Origin: a virus
DNA: 64,000 bases
IMG/VR virus record: IMGVR_UViG_3300024255_000017
Coordinates: 1-64,000 of that record
Direction: 5' to 3' (one strand)
Below the pieces are notes generated by a model, which had not been told where the DNA came from, did no database searches, and saw only the letters and a program-made list of their open reading frames with translations. Made by a program: the position numbers and the translations under genes. Below, piece by piece: positions 26,452 to 36,867 of this stretch. How positions within the stretch are numbered: the first letter of the stretch is position 1; the number at the start of each line of letters is the position of its first letter.

Positions 26452-28239
26452 ATGTCCACAACAACAACAGGAAGTAACAGCAGTGTAAATAATAACATGG
26501 CACCTAATCCTAATTCACCATCGCCTAATAGGCTAGGTGTTTTTGGTGGTGAATCCACGGGTTTTGCTCATGGTGTTGAAACTGAGATGGCTAAATCATT
26601 TTATTCTAATGGAGCAGTGCCAGATCAATTTGGTGTAGCTACAGGTATGAAAGCAGTTGTACCTAGATCCATATTTAACAGATATGCTTTATTTAATTTT
26701 AGAGGTTTACATGGTGGACTAACCGGCGGAAAACCTTTTACTGATTTTAAGGATAGTCCTGATAATGCTACTATGGGTGGCTCGGATTCAAAGAATGTTT
26801 CCATCGCCAAACTTATAGATTATTTTAATACCAATTATCCTAGGATATCATATACTGCGCAAGATTTCTTATATTGTAAATATTATAAACAAATACCAGT
26901 GAATCACCTTATTACATTAAGGCGTTTCCCAACACCAGTAAATGATAACATATTTGATTTAAAAATGGATATAGCAGGAAAGGATCCTGATACGCCTAGA
27001 GCTGCAGAAAATGTAGATGCTACACAAACTGCCGGTGTTACTGCCATTACATATTTAGGTGAAAAGGCAGGAAATAAATTAGATGACATATTAACAATGT
27101 CTTATGGTTTAAACTATAAGGAAGTTAAATCTGAAATGGAAGATATTAGCAGTGGTGACGGTGGTTATACTTCTCAACCTTTCTATTCTAAAATGGGCGG
27201 TGTAGGTAAAGCAACTGCTGATGCATTTAAAGGAATTAGCTCAAGACAAAAATTTGCCAAACAAAATATGTCTACTGGTGATCAGCTAGGAACTACTTAT
27301 GCTAACTTTGTAATAGGACCTGTTAATGTTATTGATTCTACTCAGATTAGAGATCGTGGTATGAAATTTTCAAATGACTTAAAACTTAATTTTGAATATG
27401 AACTAAAATCTCTTAATTATGTTAATCCTAAAATTGCAATGATTGACATTATTAGTAATATGTTAACAATGACTTATAATAATGGACAATTTTTTGGTGG
27501 TGGTCAAAGGTACTATGGTAGTGCTGGTGCCGTTGCTAGTCAATTTGGAGATATTAATAAATTAAAACAAGGAGACTTTAGTGGTTATATAGGAAGTGTA
27601 GTTACCGATGTTGAAACCGGATTTAAAAGTGTATTTGGTGATTCTAATGGTAATGTAAATGCTGAGAGTGGAATTGAAGGATTACTTAAGGTTGGTAAAA
27701 CTCTGTTAGGTAATATGCTAGGTGGATTCTTAAGTGATAACGTTGGGGCCGTTTCAGGTACCCAGGCATCTAAAGCTTTGATAAGTGCAGAGCCTACCGG
27801 TGATTGGCATGTAACTGTAGGTAATCCACTTAACCCAATTGTTACAATGGGTAATATGTATTGTGATAATTCAACAATGACTTTAGGTCATGGTTTAGGG
27901 TATGATGATTTTCCAATGGAGGTTAAATTTGAAATTGATCTAAAACATGGTAAGCCTAGAGATAAAGGCGATATAGAAAATATGTTTAATGCCGGTCGTG
28001 GTAGAATTTACGCGTCAGCACAAGGCGAAGAAGATATTTTAAATTTAGCAGGTTTAGATGTTGCAACTTATGGAGCAGTTAAAGCAGGAAAAAGTCAAAC
28101 AGAAGCTACACAAGGTGCACGTGCTGGTAATACTAAAAGTAGTCAAATATCCAATATAAAAGATAATCCAAATAAACAAGCAACTAGCGATAGTGCCGAG
28201 TATATTTCTAATACGGTAAGTATGTTTATTGATTCTTAA
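26452..28239 (+). CDS. Putative tail/baseplate structural protein
   Basis: First gene of the late baseplate cluster; tube-like C-terminal DFPMEVKFEIDLK. Confidence 0.55.
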   Translation: MSTTTTGSNSSVNNNMAPNPNSPSPNRLGVFGGESTGFAHGVETEMAKSFYSNGAVPDQFGVATGMKAVVPRSIFNRYALFNFRGLHGGLTGGKPFTDFKDSPDNATMGGSDSKNVSIAKLIDYFNTNYPRISYTAQDFLYCKYYKQIPVNHLITLRRFPTPVNDNIFDLKMDIAGKDPDTPRAAENVDATQTAGVTAITYLGEKAGNKLDDILTMSYGLNYKEVKSEMEDISSGDGGYTSQPFYSKMGGVGKATADAFKGISSRQKFAKQNMSTGDQLGTTYANFVIGPVNVIDSTQIRDRGMKFSNDLKLNFEYELKSLNYVNPKIAMIDIISNMLTMTYNNGQFFGGGQRYYGSAGAVASQFGDINKLKQGDFSGYIGSVVTDVETGFKSVFGDSNGNVNAESGIEGLLKVGKTLLGNMLGGFLSDNVGAVSGTQASKALISAEPTGDWHVTVGNPLNPIVTMGNMYCDNSTMTLGHGLGYDDFPMEVKFEIDLKHGKPRDKGDIENMFNAGRGRIYASAQGEEDILNLAGLDVATYGAVKAGKSQTEATQGARAGNTKSSQISNIKDNPNKQATSDSAEYISNTVSMFIDS

Positions 28240-28253
28240 TATAATTATTAAAT

Positions 28254-28805
28254 ATGAATGTAAAATCATTAACTTTAAAAAATAAATTAACATTAGATAG
28301 AACAGGTGAAGGTTATTGGGACCTTACTGCGCCTTCGTTTATTTATGATGCTGATCTTGGTGTTAGGGCATTGCATTATGTTACACAAGATCAGATAGGT
28401 AGAATAGATAAGATATCAGAGGTGTATTTTGGTAGTGGTGAATTTATAGATGCTATCTGTGTAGTTAATAATATCTTTAATCCTTTTAGTGTTAATGAAG
28501 GTGATGTTTTAATAATACCTAATTTAAAGAGAAAGGATATAGTTTATAAGAAACCTAACCCAGCAGTAACTCCGTCCGCGCCACAACAGGCTTATGTAGA
28601 TACAGGCAGACAGAGTGAAAAGGATCAAGGAAGAATGCAAAGATTAATAGAAAAGGCAAAGAGTAGTGAAGCTGGCGTAAAACAACCAATGCCACCTAAT
28701 ATGCTACAGCCAGGCCAAGAATCAAAAACCTATAGCGGTGGTAAAATACAACTAGGAACTAATTTAAAAAGTAAAAGTACTTTAAAGAAATCACAAACTA
28801 ATTAA
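28254..28805 (+). CDS. LysM-like baseplate protein (gp53/tail X-like)
   Basis: HYVTQDQIGRIDKISEVYFG...ICVVNNIFNPFSVNEGDVLIIP. Confidence 0.7.
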   Translation: MNVKSLTLKNKLTLDRTGEGYWDLTAPSFIYDADLGVRALHYVTQDQIGRIDKISEVYFGSGEFIDAICVVNNIFNPFSVNEGDVLIIPNLKRKDIVYKKPNPAVTPSAPQQAYVDTGRQSEKDQGRMQRLIEKAKSSEAGVKQPMPPNMLQPGQESKTYSGGKIQLGTNLKSKSTLKKSQTN

Positions 28806-28807
28806 AT

Positions 28808-30307
28808 ATGTCTGCAGTAGAAAGAAATATATTAACTGTGGTAGAACCTACCATTGTACTTGATGAATTAGAAATGACTGATGTTGAGAGTGGTACTGAA
28901 AACTCGGATGGTGAAACTATGAAAGAAAAACCATCAAAGTTTTCTACGATGATACCGCTTATTAAGATTAACAATTATGAAGTACAGGGTGATAGATTGG
29001 AAATGTTTGAGCTTGAGTGTACAGGATTTTATCCTACATGTAGATTTAGTTTCTTTGATAGGGATGGTATGTTTACTGCTAGATTTTTTCCTAAAGATGG
29101 AGACTTAATTCAGTTATACATTAGATCACAAGGTGATGAAACTACATTTAAGCCAATAAGAATTGATTTTACTATTGAAAATATTAAACCGCTAGGTGGT
29201 GGTGGTGCAACAAATACCTCATCACAATTAATGGTTGAAGGCAGAATGAATGTACCTAACTTATTTACAGAGAAGGTACAGTTTCAGGATAACACAAGTT
29301 GGAATTCTTTACTTGCAATAGCAGAAGGATTAAAATTAGGGTATGCTTCAAATGTAGAAGATACTGCAGATCAGCAAGTTTGGACTAACCCATACGATAC
29401 TTCTGAAAAATTCATACAAGATATTACTTCAAATTCATACTTAAATGATGAGTCATTTTTTACTGCTTACATTGATCCTTACTATTACTTAACCTTTGTT
29501 GATGCTAATAAATTTTTTGGACAAGACGGTGATTTAGAAGTTAGTCAAATGTTTCAGCAGAATGCAATGGATACTATGGGTAGTGGAGATCAAGCTGAAA
29601 CTGATAATGAGTTTCCAAATATGCTAAGTAATCAGTTAGATTTTCAAGGAACTGCCAGATACATATCTAAATATCAACAAGTAAATAATAGTGGTAAGAT
29701 TAGTAAAAATAATGGCTATAAAAGATTTACACAATATTGGGACTTAAATGCAAAAGAATTTGTAAGTGAATTTGTAGATCCCTTAACTACTGATACAGAA
29801 GGAATGGTACCAGTCACTAAAGGTAGAGTAACACCAGAAGGTGAAGTAGAAGGTCCTAGAGAAGAACAAGTTAAGTTTAAATTTTTAGGTACACAAGGGG
29901 ATAATGTACACGAGAATTATTATTATGCATCTATACAAAATTTTCAAAACCTCGCAGAAATTAATAAGCTAGGTATGACTATTGAATTAGATACAGTTAA
30001 TCCTGCTATATTAAGGTATAGTAGAATTTATTGTCATATGATGGAAACTGCTCAGATGGTAAAGGGTGTTTTAACTGCTACTGAAAATGATGAGAATGCA
30101 CCAACTGATACACAAAGAAGAAAGGAGACACCTGATAATGCAGGTAGTGATACTTCAAATGAATTTGGGGTTATTAACGAATACCTTTCTGGTTTTTATG
30201 TTATCACAGGTATAGAATATTTTATGACAAAAGGTCCTCAGGCAGGTGGAGCAGGAATGAGACAGAGATTACATTTACGTAGAAGAGAGGTTACTCCTAC
30301 AACATAA
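28808..30307 (+). CDS. Putative baseplate hub protein (gp27/late-control-D-like)
   Basis: Synteny; C-terminal LSGFYVITGIEY...QRLHLRRR. Confidence 0.6.
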   Translation: MSAVERNILTVVEPTIVLDELEMTDVESGTENSDGETMKEKPSKFSTMIPLIKINNYEVQGDRLEMFELECTGFYPTCRFSFFDRDGMFTARFFPKDGDLIQLYIRSQGDETTFKPIRIDFTIENIKPLGGGGATNTSSQLMVEGRMNVPNLFTEKVQFQDNTSWNSLLAIAEGLKLGYASNVEDTADQQVWTNPYDTSEKFIQDITSNSYLNDESFFTAYIDPYYYLTFVDANKFFGQDGDLEVSQMFQQNAMDTMGSGDQAETDNEFPNMLSNQLDFQGTARYISKYQQVNNSGKISKNNGYKRFTQYWDLNAKEFVSEFVDPLTTDTEGMVPVTKGRVTPEGEVEGPREEQVKFKFLGTQGDNVHENYYYASIQNFQNLAEINKLGMTIELDTVNPAILRYSRIYCHMMETAQMVKGVLTATENDENAPTDTQRRKETPDNAGSDTSNEFGVINEYLSGFYVITGIEYFMTKGPQAGGAGMRQRLHLRRREVTPTT

Positions 30308-30329
30308 AGAATAAATAAAAAAAATTTAT

Positions 30330-31721
30330 ATGCCTAAACTCGAGTTATATAATCCGTTAGACCCTAAGGGAGTTCCTGAAGATTACCTAAATGCTGATAA
30401 GCTAGGTAATTTGACAGGTCAGTTTCCAAGTTCTTATGATTTTGCAAAATCATTTGTCACACCAAGCTTTAGCGCGCTAGGTGGAGGGAATGGTGTTACT
30501 GCTTTAGACGATCCAACTTATTTAGGATTTAATATTAGATTTGATATTATGAGTCCTTTATTTAATGGGGGAACAACAGGTGCACCACAGCAACCTAGAC
30601 CAGGTGGTAGTGATGCTGTTGCAGCTGAGCCTAATACTCATTCAGGTACGCCTACTCATCCAGGTGGAGAATCTGCTGTTGGGTATTTAGAATCTATTGG
30701 GCAAACCACTAGAGCTAGTTATTTGAAAGCATTCATTCAAGGCATAAGAGAAATAGAAATAAAAAGACCTTATTATTTTCAGACCATCGAAGGTGTAACG
30801 GAAGCATACAATAAAACAATGGATATGACTCCTTATGGTGGATCTGCCGAAGGTGAAGGTATTACCGTAGGATTATTAGAAGCTATTGATTTAAAAATGT
30901 CTGCATTATTTAGTTTATATAAAGCTGCGTGTTATGATGTTAAGTATAGAAGAAACATTATTCCAATTAATTTAAGATATTTTAATTGTTATGTTGATAT
31001 ACTAGAAATTAGAAAATTTAAATCTGTTGCAAAAGCGACAACTGCAGGTAATCCTAACTCACCAGAAAATGACATAACCAGGCTAGTAAACAACAATACC
31101 TCGACTATTACATTTAGATTTGAGGAATGTATTTTTGATCCTACTGCAAGTGGCCAGGTATTTGCAAATGTTGCAAACGATGGAAGTAGTTCATGGGCAA
31201 CATCACAAATGAAATGGAGTTATGGAAGATGTGAAATGGAATCTCAATTTTCTGGATATGATTCAGCTATAAAAGATCAAGCTAGATTACAACCATCTTC
31301 GATAAATGGTGAAACTAATTTACAGAATAGGATATTAGATAAACAGACATTTAGTGAACAGCTTGCAGGTAAGGCTGATGCATTTAAAGATGGCCTTGTA
31401 AAAGGGGCTACTAATCTTGCGGAGAGAACTATTAACTCCTTTACACAAGGTTTGGTATTTGGTAATGTATTTGGTATAAGAAATAATTTAGTAGGAGCTA
31501 TTAATAATCCACAAGGTTTAATTAATTCTTTAGCTGGTGCAGCAGTACAGGAATTGGCAGGTAACGCGGCTCGAGGTATAAATCAAAGTATAGATGATAA
31601 TATATTTTCTGGTCAAATACCTTCTGCTAGTGGAGATAATTTAAGTGGAACAGAAAACATATTTGGGCCTGGACCATCAGGACCAGGTGGTAATTTTAGT
31701 GGTGGTAATATTTTTGAATAA
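30330..31721 (+). CDS. Putative tail-tube-like baseplate protein
   Basis: Synteny; tube-fold-like YYFQTIEG...TFRFEECIF. Confidence 0.45.
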   Translation: MPKLELYNPLDPKGVPEDYLNADKLGNLTGQFPSSYDFAKSFVTPSFSALGGGNGVTALDDPTYLGFNIRFDIMSPLFNGGTTGAPQQPRPGGSDAVAAEPNTHSGTPTHPGGESAVGYLESIGQTTRASYLKAFIQGIREIEIKRPYYFQTIEGVTEAYNKTMDMTPYGGSAEGEGITVGLLEAIDLKMSALFSLYKAACYDVKYRRNIIPINLRYFNCYVDILEIRKFKSVAKATTAGNPNSPENDITRLVNNNTSTITFRFEECIFDPTASGQVFANVANDGSSSWATSQMKWSYGRCEMESQFSGYDSAIKDQARLQPSSINGETNLQNRILDKQTFSEQLAGKADAFKDGLVKGATNLAERTINSFTQGLVFGNVFGIRNNLVGAINNPQGLINSLAGAAVQELAGNAARGINQSIDDNIFSGQIPSASGDNLSGTENIFGPGPSGPGGNFSGGNIFE

Positions 31722-32635
31722 TGGGAAAACTAACAACAAAAGATTTAAAAGATGATAATCTTAAAGGTACTCAATGGATAGGAATTGTTGAAGATACCGA
31801 GGATGATTTATTTGAAGGTAGATGTAGAGTTAGAGTCTACGGAAAAATGGATCAAAGAGAAGATCCTGAAGATCCTGCAAGTGCATACCTTATGCCTACT
31901 GAATCTTTGCCGTGGTCAAGACCATCGGTATCATCTTCAGGCGGAAGCAATACTGGGAGCGGTACATTTTCAGTACCTAAACTTGGTACTATATTAAGAA
32001 TGAGTTTTGATAATGGTAATTATTATTCACCAGTATACCACGAATCTCTATACCCTTCTGATGAGACTAAGGCGGAGATAGAAGCAGCGTACCCTAATTC
32101 ACATGTATTAATATATGATACAGCATTTGGGTTATCTGGTGATCTACAATCCGGTAGTGCAGAGGTAACAAACGAAAGGGAAGGTGAACATATTAAAGTT
32201 TTCTTTACAGAGGAAAAAGGTTTAATGATGGACTATACTACAACCGAAGGACCAACCACGGTTAATATAAAGCCTGATAACTCAGTTGAAATAATAAATG
32301 CAAACGGAGATTCTATTGTAATGCTTAATGATGGTAATATAACATTTACACATTCTGCTCAGTTTACAATTAATAGTGGAGCTGACACTGTAATTAACGC
32401 TACAACAGATACACTTATTAACTGTGTTAATGCAGTAGTAACTGCAACAGGTGAAACACATATTAATTCACCAAGAATTAAATTAGGAGAAGCGGCTGCT
32501 GAGGCTGTTATTAAAGGTGATACATTTGCAGGTATATTTGATTCACATTATCATATTGGTAATTTAGGTGCTCCTACTAGCCCACCTAATAAAGTAACCG
32601 CGCCTGCTTTAAGTAAGAAGAATACAACCGACTAA
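31721..32635 (+). CDS. Baseplate central spike (gp5/gpV/VgrG OB-fold)
   Basis: GIVED.ED....GRCRVRV, LPW.RP, SVPKLG, beta-helix repeats, C-terminal HxH...GAPTSPP. Confidence 0.85.
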   Translation: MGKLTTKDLKDDNLKGTQWIGIVEDTEDDLFEGRCRVRVYGKMDQREDPEDPASAYLMPTESLPWSRPSVSSSGGSNTGSGTFSVPKLGTILRMSFDNGNYYSPVYHESLYPSDETKAEIEAAYPNSHVLIYDTAFGLSGDLQSGSAEVTNEREGEHIKVFFTEEKGLMMDYTTTEGPTTVNIKPDNSVEIINANGDSIVMLNDGNITFTHSAQFTINSGADTVINATTDTLINCVNAVVTATGETHINSPRIKLGEAAAEAVIKGDTFAGIFDSHYHIGNLGAPTSPPNKVTAPALSKKNTTD

Positions 32636-32664
32636 TATATAAACTATAAATAAAACAATAAATT

Positions 32665-32958
32665 ATGCCTTTAGTACCACCAGTAATTATATCAGGAATG
32701 GATGCTGCCTTTGTTGCAGGGATGAATGCCATGAACGCATTTTCAACCGGAGCGGAGGGTACTCAGCAAAATGATCCAGGCGCTGTGATTGCTGCCGGGG
32801 CTGCTGCCTTTGCTGCTGTAGCTGGACCATCAATAGATGCTTACATAAGATCACAAGTTATAATTTTGCCACCTGGGCAAGCCGTTGCAACCGCAGGATC
32901 ACCTGCAGCACAGGTTGGGGCAACAACTGCACCTTCACCACCAGCTATTATTGCATAA
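32665..32958 (+). CDS. Small Ala/Pro-rich spike-associated protein
   Basis: Directly after the spike; VATAGSPAAQVG. Confidence 0.6.
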   Translation: MPLVPPVIISGMDAAFVAGMNAMNAFSTGAEGTQQNDPGAVIAAGAAAFAAVAGPSIDAYIRSQVIILPPGQAVATAGSPAAQVGATTAPSPPAIIA

Positions 32959-33045
32959 TCTTAAACTATTAGATATTCTAAGGTATAATAATTAAATCTA
33001 AGACAGGTAATATATAATCTATAATAACACTTTAATAAAAAAATA

Positions 33046-34218
33046 ATGATTGAACAAGAAATCACAGTTATGAATGGTGATGATCCATTTGATACTACAA
33101 CGATAAAAGTAATGGTTCCTAAAGGTACTAAATTAATGAGTACTGAAGCTTATGCTGCTGATGTAATGGCAATGTATGATTTATCAGAGATTGATGAAAA
33201 GAGGCTAAGGATGTCCGAGGAGAGTACCAATTATATTACACAAGGTGAAATTGTTTATATTAAAACTGAGATTCAAAATATAGATGGTGAAGATACTGAA
33301 GTTAAAAAAGAAGCTCTAGTAGAAATATCAAGAAAGAATACAGCTATATGTAATCTTTTAAAAGAACCTAAAGAAATTGTTGACCAATTAGAAAAAGGTA
33401 TGATTGTTGATATTAAAGTCAAAGATCATAAACAAGGAACAATGTATGCTTCTATCGGTGATGCAATGGATGAAGTTAAACGTAATGAAATTTACAATGC
33501 CATTGGAAATAAGTCAATCGGTTTTACTGGTAAAGTTAAAGAATTAATCCATGGAGGATATTGGGTTGAAGTTGGTGGAGTTCAATGTTTTATGCCAGGT
33601 TCGTTAGGTGGATTAAATAAGCTACATAATTTTGAAGCTATAGTAGGAAAAGAATTAATCGTTATGCCTATTACATATTCAAATGAAAAACAAACCATTG
33701 TCGTTTCACATAGGGAGTATTTAAGAACTATGATCCCAACAGCAGTAGAAAATCTTAGAGAAAATATTAAAGAACCTATTATAGGAATAGTAACCGGTAC
33801 AACTAAGTTTGGTGTATTTGCTGAATTTAATGAATCCTTAACTGGACTTATACCTAAAAATGAATTGGATGAATCTACTTTACAATTATTCGATAATAGA
33901 AGTATAAAGCCAGGTGATGAGATTAATTTCTGGACAAAGGAAATTATTTCAGAAAGAAAAATTATTTTAAGCCAAGCCGGTCCTAAAATTGATTTATGGG
34001 ATGGGGCTGATGAAAAATATAAACCTATGATGATCACAGAAGGTAAAGTTACTAAGGTTACGAAGTATGGTGCATTTGTAGAATTGGAAAAAGGTATCAG
34101 TGGACTTATTCATAAAACTAAGCTAAAGGATACTGAAGTTTCAAAAGGTGATGTTGTTAATGTTAAAATCGGCAGTGTTAATACTAGTGATCGTAAGATT
34201 ACTATGAACTTAGTATAA
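33046..34218 (+). CDS. Ribosomal protein S1-like multi-S1-domain protein
   Basis: Repeated S1 motifs GGYWVEVGGVQCFMPGS, NIVVS-like TIVVSHR, KFGVFAEF...TGLI, KYGAFVELEKGISGLIH. Confidence 0.85.
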   Translation: MIEQEITVMNGDDPFDTTTIKVMVPKGTKLMSTEAYAADVMAMYDLSEIDEKRLRMSEESTNYITQGEIVYIKTEIQNIDGEDTEVKKEALVEISRKNTAICNLLKEPKEIVDQLEKGMIVDIKVKDHKQGTMYASIGDAMDEVKRNEIYNAIGNKSIGFTGKVKELIHGGYWVEVGGVQCFMPGSLGGLNKLHNFEAIVGKELIVMPITYSNEKQTIVVSHREYLRTMIPTAVENLRENIKEPIIGIVTGTTKFGVFAEFNESLTGLIPKNELDESTLQLFDNRSIKPGDEINFWTKEIISERKIILSQAGPKIDLWDGADEKYKPMMITEGKVTKVTKYGAFVELEKGISGLIHKTKLKDTEVSKGDVVNVKIGSVNTSDRKITMNLV

Positions 34219-34220
34219 CC

Positions 34221-34259
34221 TTTATCCTGGTTTGGAATATATAAACAAATCAGGATAAA
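34221..34259 (+). promoter_or_regulatory. Hairpin occluding the start of the amidoligase gene, with a late-type promoter in its loop
   Basis: TTTATCCTGGTTTG / CAAATCAGGATAAA 14-bp stem (one G-U); loop GAATATATAAA; ATG at 34261. Confidence 0.75.
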
Positions 34260-34260
34260 T

Positions 34261-35559
34261 ATGTATTCTAACGAACAACTTAATGCTATACATTCTTCAA
34301 AGATAGGTTTTGAATTTGAGTTTTTTTCAAATGAAAATTTAGACCTTACTAAAGAAGGCTTAGCACAAACCTTAAACAAGGCAATTAGAGTAGAAGAAAA
34401 AGCTCATAGTGACTTTACACCTACTCAAGATATCTTTAAATTAGAACCAGATAATTCCGGTGGTACTGGAATGATTGAACTGGTAACCGGGCCTCTGCCT
34501 TTTGTTGAAGCTAAGATAATTATGGCTAAAACTTTAAAATGGATTAGAGAAAATGGAAAGACTAATGAAAGATGTTCAATCCATGTTAATATTGCATTTG
34601 ATGGAAAAAAGCTAGGACCTATTGTTAATATGTCTAAATTAGATGTAGGTAAATTTGTACTTAACTTTGATGAAAACAAAGTATATGAAGCCTTTCCAAA
34701 TAGAAGAGATTCTGTTTATGCAAAATCTATAAAGTTTATTGTACCTCTAAGTGGTATGACCCAACCATCACCAGAAAAAAATCTTTGGAAAAACTATATG
34801 TTTGTCAAAGAGAAGTATTATGGTATTAATTTTGAAAAGTTACAAAAGGGTTATATTGAATTTAGGTATCTTGGTGGTGCCGATTATGAAAAGAGGTATT
34901 CTACAATACTTTCAATGACCGAACATTTTATTACTTCATTGTATGAAACTTTGGTTAATCCACAATACAATGAATCTGACTTAAAAGTTTTAGATAAGAT
35001 TTTAGAAAAACATAAAACTGTTGTTGAATCTTACAGAACCTATTCTTCATTTAAAGAAAAATTTCCGAAAGTTCATTTAATGATTGATCTAAAAACGTAT
35101 GATCAAATTGTTGAAATGTATTACCCTAAAATTAGAGAAAAGATTTTTGATTTAATTACTAGGGCTGATATGAATGAAGGATTAATTAATTATGATAGTG
35201 ATACTGGAAGAATACAGATTAAAGATGCTAAGCTAATGAGATGTTTTGAAATAAGCGGTGTTGATATTGTTGATTCAGTTATTCAAGGAAATATAGTTAA
35301 TTGTGATATCTTTGGATGTGACCTTAAGAATTCATCAGTATTTGAATCTAACTTATTTGGCGCGACTGTAGCAGAAGACTGTAAAATAGAAGAATCGTAT
35401 GTTAGTAGAAATGTAATAGTCGAGAAAAGTTATGTATTTGGAAAAAGAGGAGTATTCAGCGGAGAAATGGTTGGAGGTATTTTTAGACAAGGTAGAGCAA
35501 CCCCTCTTGCAAGATTTGGTGATAATACTGAAGTAATAGAAATAGAAAAAATTAAGTAA
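34261..35559 (+). CDS. Putative amidoligase (COOH-NH2 ligase/GCS fold)
   Basis: IGFEFEF, IELVTGPL, CSIHVN, KYYGIN, IEFRYLGG; C-terminal short beta repeats. Confidence 0.8.
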   Translation: MYSNEQLNAIHSSKIGFEFEFFSNENLDLTKEGLAQTLNKAIRVEEKAHSDFTPTQDIFKLEPDNSGGTGMIELVTGPLPFVEAKIIMAKTLKWIRENGKTNERCSIHVNIAFDGKKLGPIVNMSKLDVGKFVLNFDENKVYEAFPNRRDSVYAKSIKFIVPLSGMTQPSPEKNLWKNYMFVKEKYYGINFEKLQKGYIEFRYLGGADYEKRYSTILSMTEHFITSLYETLVNPQYNESDLKVLDKILEKHKTVVESYRTYSSFKEKFPKVHLMIDLKTYDQIVEMYYPKIREKIFDLITRADMNEGLINYDSDTGRIQIKDAKLMRCFEISGVDIVDSVIQGNIVNCDIFGCDLKNSSVFESNLFGATVAEDCKIEESYVSRNVIVEKSYVFGKRGVFSGEMVGGIFRQGRATPLARFGDNTEVIEIEKIK

Positions 35560-35563
35560 GAAT

Positions 35564-36430
35564 ATGGCTAGGAATAAAAGCTGGTGTAACCCAGATAACC
35601 AAGAATGTTTAGACGCACTCATAAAGGAAATTAATGATGATTTAACTGTAGGTTGTCAAATACCTTTTACTGTGCCTAAGAAAGAGTTGGCTCATATTAT
35701 AACTAGAGCTAAAGATTATTTTTATAAAATATATGAAGATAGTGTAGAAGAAATGTTTATTGCATTACCGAGATCTGCCTGGGGTGAAGCTGAGTTTAGA
35801 CAAGGTATTAGTCATAACAGTACAACTGGAGCTAATCCTAATAAGTTAACAGAGAAGGATGTGAATAATCCTAGAGGTGTTGTAAAAATGCCTTCTACTG
35901 TTTGGGCAGTTAATAATGTATTCCAAATAAATGGATTCTCTGGTGAGGATGGTGGATTTGGAGATAGTTCATTTTCCGCAGGTGATCCTGACTTTTCATT
36001 AGATAAATTTATATACTCTGATGTATATGGAGCTGGGATTGGTTCAGAGGATTTAATGTACTATGTAATTAATTCAAAATTTATAGATAATGCAAGGCAG
36101 GTTTTACAAGCTCAGATATCATATAACTATAATAGGTTAACTAAGAAGTTTAGATTTATGGGGGAGTTACCTAAAAATGGCGCATGTATATTTCAGGTTT
36201 ATAATACTATTCCTGATTGTGATCTTTTTCAAGATGAAGCATTTATAAGATACTGCTGTGGTATGGCTAAGATTCAATTAGCTAGAATCGTAGGAACCTT
36301 TCAATTTAACCTACCAGGTAATATTACTATTAATTATGATTTAATTTCTGGTGAAGGGAGAGAAGAAGTTGATAGAATAGTAGAAGAGATAAAAGGTGAT
36401 GAAGGCGTGGATTACTTTTTCACTGGATAA
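35564..36430 (+). CDS. Neck/head-completion protein (T4 gp13-like)
   Basis: YNYNRLTKK, RYCCGMAKIQLAR..G.F...LPGNITIN...ISGEGREE. Confidence 0.75.
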   Translation: MARNKSWCNPDNQECLDALIKEINDDLTVGCQIPFTVPKKELAHIITRAKDYFYKIYEDSVEEMFIALPRSAWGEAEFRQGISHNSTTGANPNKLTEKDVNNPRGVVKMPSTVWAVNNVFQINGFSGEDGGFGDSSFSAGDPDFSLDKFIYSDVYGAGIGSEDLMYYVINSKFIDNARQVLQAQISYNYNRLTKKFRFMGELPKNGACIFQVYNTIPDCDLFQDEAFIRYCCGMAKIQLARIVGTFQFNLPGNITINYDLISGEGREEVDRIVEEIKGDEGVDYFFTG

Positions 36431-36487
36431 AATATAATCTAAGACCCTCAAAAAATGTAGAGAATATATAATAAAAGAATATTCTCA

Positions 36488-36853
36488 ATGATAAAAGAAA
36501 TATACAGTAGAGACATAGATGCACCGAAGTACAATGATGATGTAATCGAGGTGACAGATCAATTACAACAGCTTATTCTTAAGATTGAGAATTGTTTGTT
36601 TACAAGACAAGGTGATGTTTTAGGTTCTCCTAACATGGGATGTAATTTAGATGATCTTGTCTTTTCTTTGGTATTAAACGAATCGGTTATTTCCCAAAGG
36701 ATTAGTAACCAAATTCAGTCATATTGCTTAAACAGTAGTAGTTCTGCTTTTGGGTTAGATGTAAGAGTACAATTTTACAGCACAGTAGATAGAAACGGTT
36801 GTTTAGTTGATATTTATATAAATGAAGAGAGAGTCATTGGGGCTTTATTTTAA
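36488..36853 (+). CDS. Baseplate wedge gp25-like protein
   Basis: IENCLFTRQGDVLGSPNMGCNLDDLVF. Confidence 0.8.
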   Translation: MIKEIYSRDIDAPKYNDDVIEVTDQLQQLILKIENCLFTRQGDVLGSPNMGCNLDDLVFSLVLNESVISQRISNQIQSYCLNSSSSAFGLDVRVQFYSTVDRNGCLVDIYINEERVIGALF

Positions 36854-36867
36854 AAATAAAATAGTTA

